From NCBI GenBank assembly GCA_013239625.1, contig MU053487.1:2501058-2565057 (forward strand): a DNA stretch of 64,000 nucleotides, in the 5' to 3' direction. This stretch comes from Lama guanicoe (lineage: Eukaryota). Made by a program: the position numbers and the translations under genes. Below, one piece after another: positions 39,401-51,590 of the stretch. How positions within the stretch are numbered: the first letter of the stretch is position 1; the number at the start of each line of letters is the position of its first letter. Below the pieces are notes generated by a model. It made no database searches, was not told the origin of the DNA, and worked only from the letters and a program-made list of their open reading frames with translations.

Positions 39401-39590
39401 TAGTACAAGTTTGCTGGTAAGAAATTTTATCAGCTTTTTTTTTTAATGTCTTTATTTTGCTTTCATAATTGATGGATACTTTCTCTGGCATTTTTGCTTG
39501 TTTCAATACTTTAAAGATGTTGCTCTATGCCATCATTATTTTTATTGTTCTATATGTAGCATGTCTTCTTTCTCTGGCTGCTTTTTAAGG
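36500..39590 (-). mobile_element. Old LINE-1 (L1M-type) fragments, interrupted by LTR insertions
   Basis: T-rich antisense L1 3'UTR and ORF2 endonuclease-region text (gtggtcagagaacacact...tggtctatcttggtgaacgttcca.gtg). Confidence 0.8.
36771..37263 (-). mobile_element. Solo LTR (ERV-like) inserted in the L1
   Basis: A GC-richer block of about 490 bp that cleanly interrupts the L1 text. On the minus strand it begins TG and ends in ...gcagcccaata. Confidence 0.65.
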
Positions 39591-41213
39591 TCTTCTGGCT
39601 GCTGGGAAGAGTAAAGGGGCATATTTCCCATTCTCAAGAGAGATTCTGAGGAAGACAAGTATGGAGTGCCGAAGTCTACCATGGAATCTACTGCTGGAAT
39701 CTCAGTCCCCTTCCCACGTGGTGTTATTCCGGTCTGGATAACTCAGAGGAGTATAAATGTAAAGTTAAGAATTACCAAGTCCCCAAGACTTCCTGGATGG
39801 AGAAAGAGGATGGGCCAATCCCTGTGGGTAAAGGTGGAGTTTTCCTAAAAGTCAGTGGAAATTGGTACTGTAGAAGTTGGAAGAGAATGCCGCTACAGAG
39901 GAGTGCCCGTGGACAGAGACAATGGGACAAGATTATGGTCTGGGAATGGATTATTTCAAGCTATATCCTATGAAGGATATAACTTTCAAAGAGTTTTCTT
40001 TTTTCCTTCAATTATGGGAAAAGTATTTAGCATACAGTTTTTTTAATATTTAATATTTTTTTCTTTTATACGCTATAATTCCTTTAGTTTTCTTTCCAGC
40101 CTGCTAATAAAGTTTGATGAATCTGCATATCTGGAGCACAGCTTCTTAGCTTTTATACATCTATCTACTATCATTTCTTTTCTTGAGCACTTCTTGTGAT
40201 ACAAGTTTGCTGGTAAGAAATTTTCTCAGCTTTCCTTTTTTCTGAAAATGTCTTTATTTTGCTTTCATTATGGATTGCTGGCATTTTGTTTTGTTTTGTT
40301 TTGATCCAGCATTTTAAAGATACTAGAATGAAAGAAAAGAGAGCTGGGGCCATAAAGATATGTGATACCTCCCCCAATTCAACTCATTTTCCTCCTCTCT
40401 GCTGATTCTCATCCTGCAAAATCCCTCAGAGGAACAGCATCAAGGTACCTGGGGCGACTGCAGTCATGATTTCCAGACTGAGACCCATAACAAATGAAGA
40501 GGTTTCACACAGTGGAGTGGAGATTTAGTAATGTAGAGAGACATTGGGAAGAATACAAGGAAAATCAAGGAACACTCCGTTTCCCTAAATTTACTTAAGA
40601 GGGCATTGTCCTTTAGGGGAAAAGGAAAAGCTAGGATCTGTGTTAACATGAACTTTATAATACAATCTGAAAGGACTGTAATAATGTGTACACTCGTGAT
40701 TAAATATTAACTTGAGCTTATAATTAAAGAAATGGAAATCAAAAGTAAAATACCATTCATCATCTTTTTGATTGTCAAAAAATTTTTTTAAAATATGGAA
40801 ATGGGCATTTCTACACTGTTGGAGAAACATAAATTGGCATATATTTTGGAGACCAAGTTGGCATTAACCATATATACTGGATAGATCCTTCAGTTACACA
40901 TCTAGAAATCCATTATTTTCCACAGAAACATACACACAAATACACAAACATATTTATGAAGTTGTTCACTTTCATGTTTTTTAATAGCAAAAAACTGGAG
41001 AGAAGCGAAATAGCCATTAACACATGGACATCAATTCGTCAATCTTAAATTCATTCATAGTATAAAGTTCTATGCAGTATTCAATTCAATTAAAGAGCTA
41101 GAAATACATGTATTGATTAGAAATGCTATTCATGGTGTATTAATTGAGGAAAGCAAGATGTAGAATGTGTATGATTCATTTGTTATAAAATACACAATTA
41201 AAACTACAGATAA

Positions 41214-41310
41214 GGGGGGAGGGTATAGCTCAGTGATAGAGTGCAGACCTAGCATGCATGAGGTCCTGGGTTCAATCCCCAGTACCTCCTTTAAAAATTT
41301 TTTTAAAAAA
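41214..41310 (+). mobile_element. Vic-1-type SINE inside an old L1 3' region
   Basis: ggggggagggtatagctcagtgatagagtgc...gggttcaatccccagtacctcc plus tail. Confidence 0.85.
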
Positions 41311-41819
41311 CCCTACAAATATATTTATTTATATACAGATAATTAAGTTCACACATCTCTGTTTTCATAAATATGGAAACAGGATGGAAAAAATACTAAA
41401 TTATTAATAGGGATTATTTGGGGGAATAAGATTATACTTTTGTTAGTGAGAATATGTATATTACTTTTCTAATAAAAGATAAAAATACAGTGTGATACAT
41501 ACACAGACAGCATATAAGGTTGAGGTTGTATGGCGGAGAGCATGATTAACCCCACTGCTGTGTGTGTGGGTAGGGTACTTGTGGGTGATGTTAGAGAATG
41601 CGGGAGAATGATGATGATGCATAAGCAGCATTATCAAGGGTAGATAAGAAAGGTGTAAAAGGGAGAAAGGTACAGGGAGGACAGTGAGTATACTGTACTC
41701 ATTAAGATGTTCACAACTATTATGTATCACTTGTGGACTAAAAAAGAAAGGCAAGGTGTACATAAGCCAGATACGCAAGGGATCCATGGGTTAATGTGAT
41801 ATTTCTAGAGCTCGAAGTG

Positions 41820-42545
41820 CGAAGGGTAGAGAGGGAAGAAGGATAAGAGAGGCAGAAGGGTAAGAAGGAAAGCAGGAGCCAGGCTGCTGAGGGCTTCTTG
41901 TGCTGCCTGGGAATTTGAACTGTATCCTACAGATCAAAGAGGCCACTGATGGGGTTTTAGCAGAAGGGTAACGTCAGCTATGCAGAAGATGGATCGGAGA
42001 GAAATCTGGAAACTGGGAGATCATGTAAGTGGCGATACAGAATGAAGACTGAAACCAACTAGTGGCAGGGTGAATGGGAAACACGGTAGATTTGAGAAAC
42101 ATTTCATAGTAAAAGACACAGGAGTTGGTGATTCTCTGGATATGGGTGAAGAATGAGAGGGATGTTTTGTTGGACTCCCACACTTTGAGCTTGGGTAACT
42201 GGGCAGATGAGGATGACACCAGCCGAGGCAGAAAATACGACGGTAAAACAAGCTTGTGAAGAGGAGATGATGCAACAGGGTGAGAGGAAACACAGAAGAG
42301 GCAAATCTGAGGGTGACAGAGGGGCTGCAGTAGTGGATGATTTCAGTTGGGGACACATTGAATTTGAGGTGCCTATGGACTAGTAAGAGAAGTTGTCTAG
42401 TAGGCAGTTGGATCTATGAAGACTAAGTCATTGATAGAAACTGGCTGAGTTGTATGACAGGCATGGTTCTTGGGTTGAGAGCCTAGTGGAGATGCTATAA
42501 TCTGGAGCACAGGGGAGAGGTCTAGGCTAGTGCCAATCCATGCAG
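41820..42545 (-). mobile_element. LINE-2 fragment
   Basis: Purine-rich antisense L2 (ttcagttggggacacattgaatttgaggtgcctatggac...aggcagttggat). Confidence 0.8.
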
Positions 42546-43183
42546 AGGCACTTTTAAATCACTGCCTAAAAATGGCTCTTAGAATAAAATATAGCCCAAA
42601 GACCAGATTGTGACCTCTGAGTCTCAACTCTCTGAACTTTATTTTCCTCCCCCTGTAACATTTGAATATTTCATAGGCATACTGTTATGCTTAAGTGAGA
42701 TGATGTACATAGAGTCTAACTCATAATAAATGACACTTAAAAATTTTAAGAGTTTCTTTTCTTACTCATAACACTCTCCCTCTTTATGTTGAGACCACAT
42801 TTTTAGGCAGTGATTTAAAGGTGCCTCTGCATGGGTTGGCAGTATCTAGTTTGTTACTTGCCCTCATTCTCTATTGTCTTATACCATACATGCCTCATTC
42901 ATAACCTTTCTACTCCCTACAGGCATCTGACTTTGTCCTGTGTGGTTTACCTTAGTGCCAAAGGTTCCACTGGTACAAAATGGCTGATAATATTTGAACC
43001 AAAATCTGGGTGACATCAGAGGTTGTGCTCCTAACTTTACACTATTCACCTCTGGATGACAAGTACCAGAATTCTTCAGGAAGGTTAAAGTATGTTTTAG
43101 GGTGATGCAAAGGGCTTTTTCTGACCACAAATAAGGCATCTGTGATCAGAAAATAGGAAATATGTGTTAAAGATTTTAGCTGT

Positions 43184-43334
43184 GGGGGGAGGGTATAGCT
43201 CAAGTGGCAGAGTGCATGCTTAGCATGCCCGAGGTCCTAGGTTCAATCCCCAATACTCCCTATAAACATAAATAAATAAATAAACCTAATCACCTTTCTC
43301 CCCAATAAAAATAAATTTTAAAAATCTTAAAAAA
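43184..43334 (+). mobile_element. Vic-1-type SINE with 15-bp TSD
   Basis: Full head and tail. TSD aaagattttagctgt (43169-43183) / aaagatttcagctgt (43335-43349). Confidence 0.9.
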
Positions 43335-44899
43335 AAAGATTTCAGCTGTAATTGGTTCTTTTGGCTAGAAATCTTTTCTGATATACCAGCTTCTTATCTA
43401 AGCCTTGGAAAGGAACTAGATAATACATACTACTGTTTTCCAAAGCAGAGTCCTTAGTGATTATGTTATTCTGAAAATTTCCTGAAACACGGAGGTGGGG
43501 ATGGTATCTCCCATTAGAGGAGATGAAAGAATGACAATTAGATTTGGTCTATAATTATGAAGATGGCTTCTTTGTGTTGAAAAAGATAGGTATTAGTTCC
43601 ACTGGAGAATTATTCATGAAGTCTCTGATCATTATGACTGGAGGCAAGCCCATTTCAGATGTCCTTGCACTCTGCAGGGAGGTGTGCTGGTTCTTGAGCA
43701 GCTGGTTGGGAGATGAATTTAAATTACTAACAAGGCGCAGGCAGAGTAGGGTTGGTCTCTCTGGGTTGGTGCAGGACTCTGAGAAGTAGTCCAAGGCTAG
43801 AGCCTTCACAAGGTGATCTGCATCCAGGAGCAGCTGAAAAATTAACTGTAACTTGTAGGTTTAATTAAGAACAGAAAATGAAAGAATGTTAATTTGCAGA
43901 GGCCTGAAGCCGAATGGGGCTGCAAGGAGGCTTAATGTTTCAACAAACTGTGGTTAAATGCAGTAGTTTCAACCCTGTCCCTTTCCCTTGGCTTGTGTCC
44001 TAGCAAAGCTGTCCCCTTCTTCACATAATTACCCCTCTTCTGGTCTTTTTGTATAAGTGATATCTCAGATCTCTTCTTATTCATTTAGTATGGCCTGCTT
44101 TGATGGGACCTACATATGTGTATACATGTACCCATACATACATATACATGCATGCACATATACATGTGTATGAATATAACATTGGCAACCTTTGATTTAT
44201 AGCTGTGAATGTTGGGGTGAGGCTGCATATTGGGTATCTGGAGTCTGGGAGTAGCTGAAAGCCTTTACACTCTTGAGAGAGAAAAACTCGAGGAAAAAAA
44301 AAAAGAAACGAAACTCTCTTAGGAATTATATAGATGTTCACTGTGAGATAAGCGAGGACTTAGCCCAGTTGCCAATGCAGTATTTAGACCAGGCTCTACT
44401 CCGGGGCTAATACATTAAGGGATCAGGCTATGGAATCTTAGAGAGCACCCTGCTCCTATAATTCCTAAAATGTGAAGATCAGCTTTTACTGTGTCAGGTT
44501 CTCATCCCCGAGGCATGTGAAGCAATGTGATATAGCACGCAGAAGCAGGTTGCTGAGACGGATTTGAGGTTTCACAGATGGCCAAAGTTCAGGTTGTTGG
44601 ATGAAATAGGCACATAAACATTAAACTCTGGATGACTGCAAGTGCTAGGGCTACATTTGGACTCTTTAGGAATCTGTGTCTTCCATCAGAATTCTCTTAA
44701 CATTCCCAAGGACCTGGCACTTAGAATCATTAAGATTTTTTAATGAATATGTTAAAATACATGATTTCGGTGGAAAAAAAAATAAAGGCGGATGCCCAAG
44801 TGATTGAGATCTTACACTATTCGCCTGAAACTTTTTTGCACCCTGGGAGCCTCGTGTCAGGCACTTCCTGATCCCTGGAAGAGTCCAGCGAAGGGAAGA

Positions 44900-46400
44900 G
44901 TGCCCTACTGGGAAGCAGTAGGAGTACGAGGCACTGAAAACGGCGTATCTTAAGCACAACCTGAACAACAGTACACTATCCTTCAGAGCCCTCGACAGGT
45001 TCCCTGGCTCCCTTCTCTTCCCACGCCGGACGCGCACACACTCATCCTTCGCGGTGGCACTGTCAATAGAAGCCGCTCCCTCCCCGCCTGACTTCGCAGC
45101 GCCCAAGCCCGGGGTGTGTGTCAGCGCAGCGATCAGAACTCCCCTGGTGCCGCTCTTGAGGGCAACTCTGCACGCAATGAGTTTACGCAGCGCAGAGTCC
45201 CGCAACTTCCCTTCCCCTCCCACGTTCGGGAGCGACCCCAGAGTGCGCATGTGCTGGCCGACACGTGGCTTGTCCTCTACGGCGCTCCGTAGAGCTCCCT
45301 CGGCGAGCTCCACGTAGGCCGCGCAGGCGCCTTTGGCACACCGCTTACCTGCTGCCGTTGTCGCCGCCGCCGCCGCCGGGGCTGGATGGGGGGCCGAGGC
45401 CAACCAGTGGCACCCAGAAGAGAGAGACGCGGCGGCGGCGACGCCGACACCCGCAGGACGAGTACCCCGAGACGCCCGCGAGCCCGAGGAGGAGGCGGCG
45501 AGGCCCAGTCCCCACGGTCCCTGGTGTAGAGAAGCCTCCTTCGCCGCCGCGGCCGGGTCTCCCTGGGCACTCGCCCCTCAGGTCTCAACCACACTCAGGA
45601 CCCCGCGCTGCACCATGTTCAAGAAACTGAAGCAAAAGATCAGCGAGGAGCAGCAGCAGCTCCAGCAGGCCCTGGCCTCTACTCAGGTACTATGGCCGCC
45701 GCTCTCCCGACAACCCTTTACACTCGCTTGGCAAAGAGAAGGGGAGGTTCCTCCCCGACCCTTGACCTCTAACCTGAGGATTCCCCCAAAACCCGGACTG
45801 GGAATATGCATAGGGCGGTCCAGGTCCTCCGTGACTCCTGACCTGGGTCCCCCCTCACAAAACTCCGTCGGGGTGGCAGGAACTTTCGTGACATCTGACC
45901 TCTGTTAGAGTTTCTCCTCATGCCCAACCCCGGCCTGAGAATAAGTGACGGGGCTCTGATCTGGCATGATTTTTGACCTATCCCCAACCGTCCGAGACTC
46001 TTAACTCAGAAGTGAGGGCGAGATGCGAAAACCAGGGTCCCTTGTAGTATCTGACCTCTTGACCAAAGTCCCCTCTCTCATCTCCGACCTGGGATTGAGT
46101 ACCGAGAGGCCTCTGGTCCGTGACGGAAGTCGAATTCCAAACCCTGGTCCAGGGGTGAGCACCAGGGGTCGAGCCATTCCAGGCCAGACTGCTTGCAGGA
46201 GCGCTGGGACCTGAAAGGGGTGGCGGTGTGGCAGGCGTCCAGAGCCCGAGGCTGTCACGAGTTAGTCACTTCGCATAACTTGGTTGATCCGGGGCTGGCG
46301 GAGGGGCTGACTCTGAGGCCCGGCAGGGCTGGTTCCTGTTCACAACTCGGCTCTGCTTCTTCGAGAGTCTTGATAGTGTTTGTTTTTCGCGAATGCTGTT
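44900..46400. promoter_or_regulatory. GOLGA4: CpG island: GOLGA4 promoter, 5'UTR and start of intron 1
   Basis: High GC and CpG density around the GOLGA4 ATG. NRF1-like TGCGCATGTGC at 45244-45254, E-box CACGTG at 45262-45267, (GCC)5 at about 45363-45377. Confidence 0.9.
45615..45686 (+). CDS. GOLGA4: GOLGA4 (golgin-245/p230) coding exon 1, MFKKLKQKISEEQQQLQQALASTQ
   Basis: ATG in strong context (caccATG) inside a CpG island. The translation matches the recognisable GOLGA4 N-terminus. 72 nt, ending at a CAG|gtac donor (phase 0). Confidence 0.97.
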
Positions 46401-48949
46401 GCTTCCGGAAATGACAGTTTTCCAGGAAAAAGGGGGCGTGTTAGTAGTGTTAATTTAAAGAAGCAGAAGCAGTCTCCTAAGCAACTCTGAATGTGTGTTT
46501 TGGTGCTGGCAGCACGTGATCCATTCAGCAGAGAGGAGGGCTTCTGCTAAGTTTCTTCCTAGCTTTTCTGAGTCTCAACAGATTGAGCAAATCTCTCTCT
46601 CAATTTTAGAGTTTCTACAAGAAAGGCTGAGTTTTGACTAATTCGGAGGCATTTCTAAAACATTTTTAACATAGCATTGATTTCATACAACTTTTAAACA
46701 ACGCTTTAAAACTAATTAACAACGGCTAAACCGAACAATTCTTGCACTGAATTTATTCTGAAACTGTAAATTGAAGTTGTTCTTGTAAAGCTCCTGTCGA
46801 GTGAAACAGTGTTTGAGATACATCGGAACATGATACTGAAAGCTTGTTCATTCTCCCAAATAAAATGTAAATAGTGATTAAAATTTCAATAGTAGATTTT
46901 TTACTTTTCATACCATTTACTGCAAGCTTTTAAAATTTTACAAAATATAGTTATTTAATAAAGGAAAGACTGAAAAATGAGGTAGAGATGAGGAATGTGG
47001 GGAAACAGGCATGGCAGTGAATGTAAGGGAACCTGTAAATATTGCTGATCCAGAATTCCACTTGTATTCTAATTTATTTTGAGAACATTTGGGATGAATT
47101 ACAGATTTAGCCACATGGATTTTCATTTCAGTGTTGTTTTAATAGGTAAAAACTGGCTAAAAATGTTCAACGGCAGAAAATTGGTTAAAGTTACATCAGA
47201 GTTGGTTATTATGCAGCCTTAAAAAATGCCAACATTTATTAGGCTCTTACTGTCTGCTAGTCATTTTGCTTAATATTTTACACGGATTATTTTATTTAAT
47301 TCTCACATAAATCTATGAGGTAGATAATCTTTTATAGTTGTGGAGTGAGGCACAAAGAAATTAATTAACTTGCCTCATGTCCTACGGCTAGAGTTAGAGC
47401 CTACAGAAAGGTATTATTAATATGCAAAGATACTTGTATTAAAAGATATTAAAAAAACAGCATATAAAATGTGATCCCAGTTTTGTAGGAAAAGTGTGTT
47501 TATAAATATAAATACATATATATATATATGTACACACACACACGTAGTGAAGATAGTTTAAGAAGGGTATGCTCTAAGGTTGCTGGGGTTTTTTTTGTAT
47601 TTGTAATGTTATCTTTTCTTCATGAAAAACAATTACTTTTGAGCTTTAACAAATAGAGATTGTTTTTAGAGTAATATTAAGAAAAAACTAGGTACAAGGT
47701 AATATATTAGAGGTCCAAGTTTCTACGGGTTGATGCCTCTGGTGAGACAGTGCATGTGGAGCAAATAAGTTTGTGTACAAATGATTGAAAACAATCCTTT
47801 CTGATAATATATATGTTTATCCAGAATGCAAAAGTAAATTGTTCGTGATCAACTGCTGATAGAAACTTGATTCGCTTCTGGTCTCAGATCCTTATTTATT
47901 CACAGTCCTTCAGGATGAGTAGTTCTGGATTATTGTTTTCAGAGGTAAGGATTTCTTTCAAGTATGAATTAAAAAAAAAAACCCAAAAACCTTTTTTGAT
48001 GACAGTCTTTTTTGTGACAAATTCTACATATCCTTGTTTCCTTTGCAAAGGATTTTGAATTTATATAATATAATCATTTCTTCATTTTTGAGTATAAATT
48101 ATTTTATGTTGAAAGCACCATGTACTCAGGAATTTAATGGAGTGTGAAAGACTTACCCACTGAAGAGGATTTATTTGTTTGTTCTTGGTCTACTTCTCAT
48201 AATTATTTTGTAGCCTCACTTGCTATCTGCCCCATATCTTTCTTCTCCCTGCTTTTGACCTATTGTGTTATCAAGACACATAAGCTAAAACTTTGTGTAA
48301 AATAAGGGCATGTAATTGAGAGGTTCTTTAGTACATTTTAGTTTATTAACACAAATTTTGAAACATTTGTTTTGAGATTTTGGAGGCCTTTGGGTGCATA
48401 CTTCCTCATTCTTAGCTCGTTTTCCCTAGGTGAGATTGCCTGATAGGTATGTTTCAAATACAGTGAGTTGATTTATCAGGCTTATATAATTCTGGGCTAA
48501 GCAAATCATGTGCATCACAATATTTGCAAAACTTTTTAATAATAGTGATAGTGGTAGTATTAATAACACTATAGGGTACCTTAAATTTTTGAAAGCATTC
48601 AGTAAAAACAAGACAGCCTTGTGATAGTCCCCAGTCACTTCTGTTTGATTGGTGTTAAGATTATTTGAATCCTTGTTTGGCAGATACTATTTATAATAAA
48701 CATTTTTTCAACTCTGATGATGACTTGAAATCTAATCACTAAAATTTCAAATCAAAATTCACTTAACATTATTTTTTAACAGTGAATTTGTATTTCAGGT
48801 TTTCAACTCCTTACAGAAGGAATTCAGTAAAAGAAATATTAAAAAGTAATATAGAATATACTGTAATTTTTTGAGATATGAATAGTGCCACGAATAACAA
48901 CTTTTAAAAACATTTTTAGCCGTTTTCAAATATTACTAAAACTTAAAAA

Positions 48950-49225
48950 TTATAAAAGTACAGGCACAAATGGACAAATATTGTGTGGTTCCACTTATAT
49001 GAAGTACCTAGATTAGTTGAATTCATAGAGACAAAAAATTGAATGGTGGTTTGCAGGGGCTGGGGGATGGGGAGTGGGGAATTACTGTTTAATGGGAAAC
49101 AGAGTTTCAGTTTGGAAAGATGAAAAAGTTCTGCAGATGAATAGTGGTGATGATTGCACAACAATGTGAATATAATTGATACCACTGAACTGTACATCTA
49201 GAAATGGAAAAAATTGAGTTAAAGA
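48950..49225 (+). mobile_element. L1MB-like 3' end
   Basis: ggacaaatattgtgtggttccacttatatgaagtacctag...accactgaactgtaca. Confidence 0.85.
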
Positions 49226-49906
49226 AAAGCAAAATAATGGGCCCCACCCCAAACTTGCAGAATTATAGCTTTTTTAGAGTGAGACCCCAAATAATAGTTT
49301 AGGCAATAGAAATTTTTTTTAAATTCCGCAAATAGCAGAGAAAAGTCCCATTCTGAAGGAACATAGCCATTTTGTAAATCGCACTTGGCTAGAATAATTA
49401 GCCTCAATCTAAAAAACAGAACTCCCAGAGATACCATTTAGATCAGAAGAGTCAGAATATATCTTGAGTGTTTATAAATCTGTATTTTGACCAGGGAGCA
49501 TGTAGTGGTTATTGATAATACTTTATATGGAATATACATTAGGTTTTCATGTTTTAAATAATAAAACAATCCTTATTTATGTGATTTTTAAAAAATCTGC
49601 CATGAAACTTGAACAGGATAAGGGTCATACAAAGTTGTTTCATCTGCTTCTTAGTTTGACAGGAAGACCTGGAGGAAAAAATTCTGAGAAGCCTTGTCTC
49701 CCTAGCTTGTGGAATGAAATTAACCCAATTTGTTAAATTGTGGTATGCAAAGATCCTGAGATGTAGATGGAAATTATACATACCTTTACATCCCACTGAA
49801 GCTGTAGGCCGATTCAGAGTGCATCCTTTGGTGAGAAAGCAAAGCTGGAAACTTTTAGAATTTCAATTAATGTGTTGATGAAGGTCAGGGCTCTTAAAAG
49901 TGTAGA

Positions 49907-50861
49907 CGTTTCTCCAAAGAAGACATACAGAAGGCCAACAGACACATGAAAGGATGTTCAACATTGCTAATTATTAGAGAACTGCAAATCAAAACCACAG
50001 TGAGCCATCACCTCACACCAGTCAGAATGACCATCATTAAATAGTACGCAAACAATAAATGCTGGAGAGGGTGTGGAGAAAAGGGAGCCCTCCTGTGCTA
50101 TAAGTGGGACTGTAAATTGGTGCAACAACTATGCAGACAGTATGCAGTTTCCTTAAAAAACTAAAAAGAGCTATCATATGATCCAGCAATCCTGCTCCTG
50201 GATATATATCCTGGATGTATATCCAGAAAAGATGAAAACTCTAATTTGAAAAGATACATATACTCCTGTGTTCATAGCAAGCACTGTTTACAATAGCTAA
50301 GACATGGAAGCAATCTAAGTGTCCATGGACAGATGAATAAAGAAGATGTGGTGTGTACACACACACACACACACACACACACAATGGAATATTACTCAGT
50401 CATAAAAAGCATGAAATAATGCCACTTGCAGCAACACAGATGGACCTAGAGGTTATCGTACTACGTGGAGTAAGTCAAAGACCAACATATGGTATCACTT
50501 ATATGTGGTATCTTAAAAAATTATGCAAATGAACTTATTTACAAAACAGAAACAGATGCACAGATACAGAAAACAAATTTATGGTTACTAAAGGGGAAGA
50601 GGGGAGGAGGCATAAATTAGGAGTATGGGATTTGCAGATACTAATTACTATATATAAATAGATAAACAACAAGTACCTACTGTATAGCACAGGGAACTAT
50701 ATTCAATATCTTATAATAGCCTATAATGGAAAAGAATGTGAAAAAAATATATAAAACTGAATATATATATGTATATACACACATATATATAACTAAATCG
50801 CTTTACTGTGTTCCTGCAACTAACCCAACATTGTAAATTTAGCTATACTTCAATTTAAAAA
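49907..50861 (+). mobile_element. Truncated LINE-1 with poly-A and 11-bp TSD in GOLGA4 intron 1
   Basis: L1 ORF2 end plus 3'UTR. TSD aaaagtgtaga at 49896-49906 and 50862-50872, at a TT/AAAA endonuclease site. Internal (CA)n at about 50357-50382. Confidence 0.93.
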
Positions 50862-51344
50862 AAAAGTGTAGAATTCTAATTAACAGCAGTTGGTTTCTTC
50901 ACCTTCTAAATCACAAAATATTAGAGAGAAGTTCTCATTTACTTAAACATTTATTTGGGGGGTATAAACTTCTAGGTTGAAAATTTTCCCTCAGACTGTT
51001 GAATGTATTTCTCCCTCATCTTCTAGCATCATGCGTGCAGATGAAAAGTCTTTCTTCATTGGTAGTTAACCTGATCTTTGAACCTTTTCTTTTTTCGTTG
51101 ATTCTAGAAAATTTCTAGTTTTCTTCTATTTCTTGCTTTTTTGTTTTAGACCCTCTCTTTTCTTTTTTAAAAAATTGTTATTAATCTTTGTGGGTAAACC
51201 CTTTGTATATCCTTTCTTTTTATATATTCCTTCTTTTTTTTCTGTTTATTCTATTGTTTTGAGAGATCTCTTCAGATTTTTATTTCAGCAGCTTCTGTTG
51301 AATTTATTCTGATAATCATGTATTTAATTTCCACAAATAATAAT

Positions 51345-51590
51345 TGCACTAGTTAACACTGGGTGGTTATTTTTAGCCAGGTGCTTTTCTTAGTGCATTG
51401 CATGTACTAAGTTAATAAATGACAGAATAAAAGGTATGGAATTGTGTTATCCCTATTTTACAAATAAGAAATTGAGGCCAAGGGAGGTTAAGTAACTTGT
51501 CTGTGGTACACAACTAGTAAGTGGTGAAGCTGAGATATGAACCCCAGCAGTCTGGCCCTAAAGCCCATTCTCTTAACCATGGTGCTATGC
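51345..51590 (-). mobile_element. MIR SINE
   Basis: MIR core antisense: ccctattttacaaataagaaattgaggcc.ag.gaggttaagtaacttg...acaactagtaagtgg. Confidence 0.85.

Noticed and set aside
39590..39985. Possible processed-pseudogene fragment
   Set aside because: The translations inspected gave no recognisable protein, and there is no poly-A tail or TSD.
44666..45403. 245-aa minus-strand ORF across the GOLGA4 promoter
   Set aside because: Starts at TTG, has no recognisable domain, and mostly runs through a stop-poor CpG island. A divergent non-coding RNA is possible but coding is unsupported.
45687..45908. ORF-track extension of GOLGA4 exon 1 (VLWPPLSRQ...)
   Set aside because: Read-through into intron 1 past the CAG|gtac donor.
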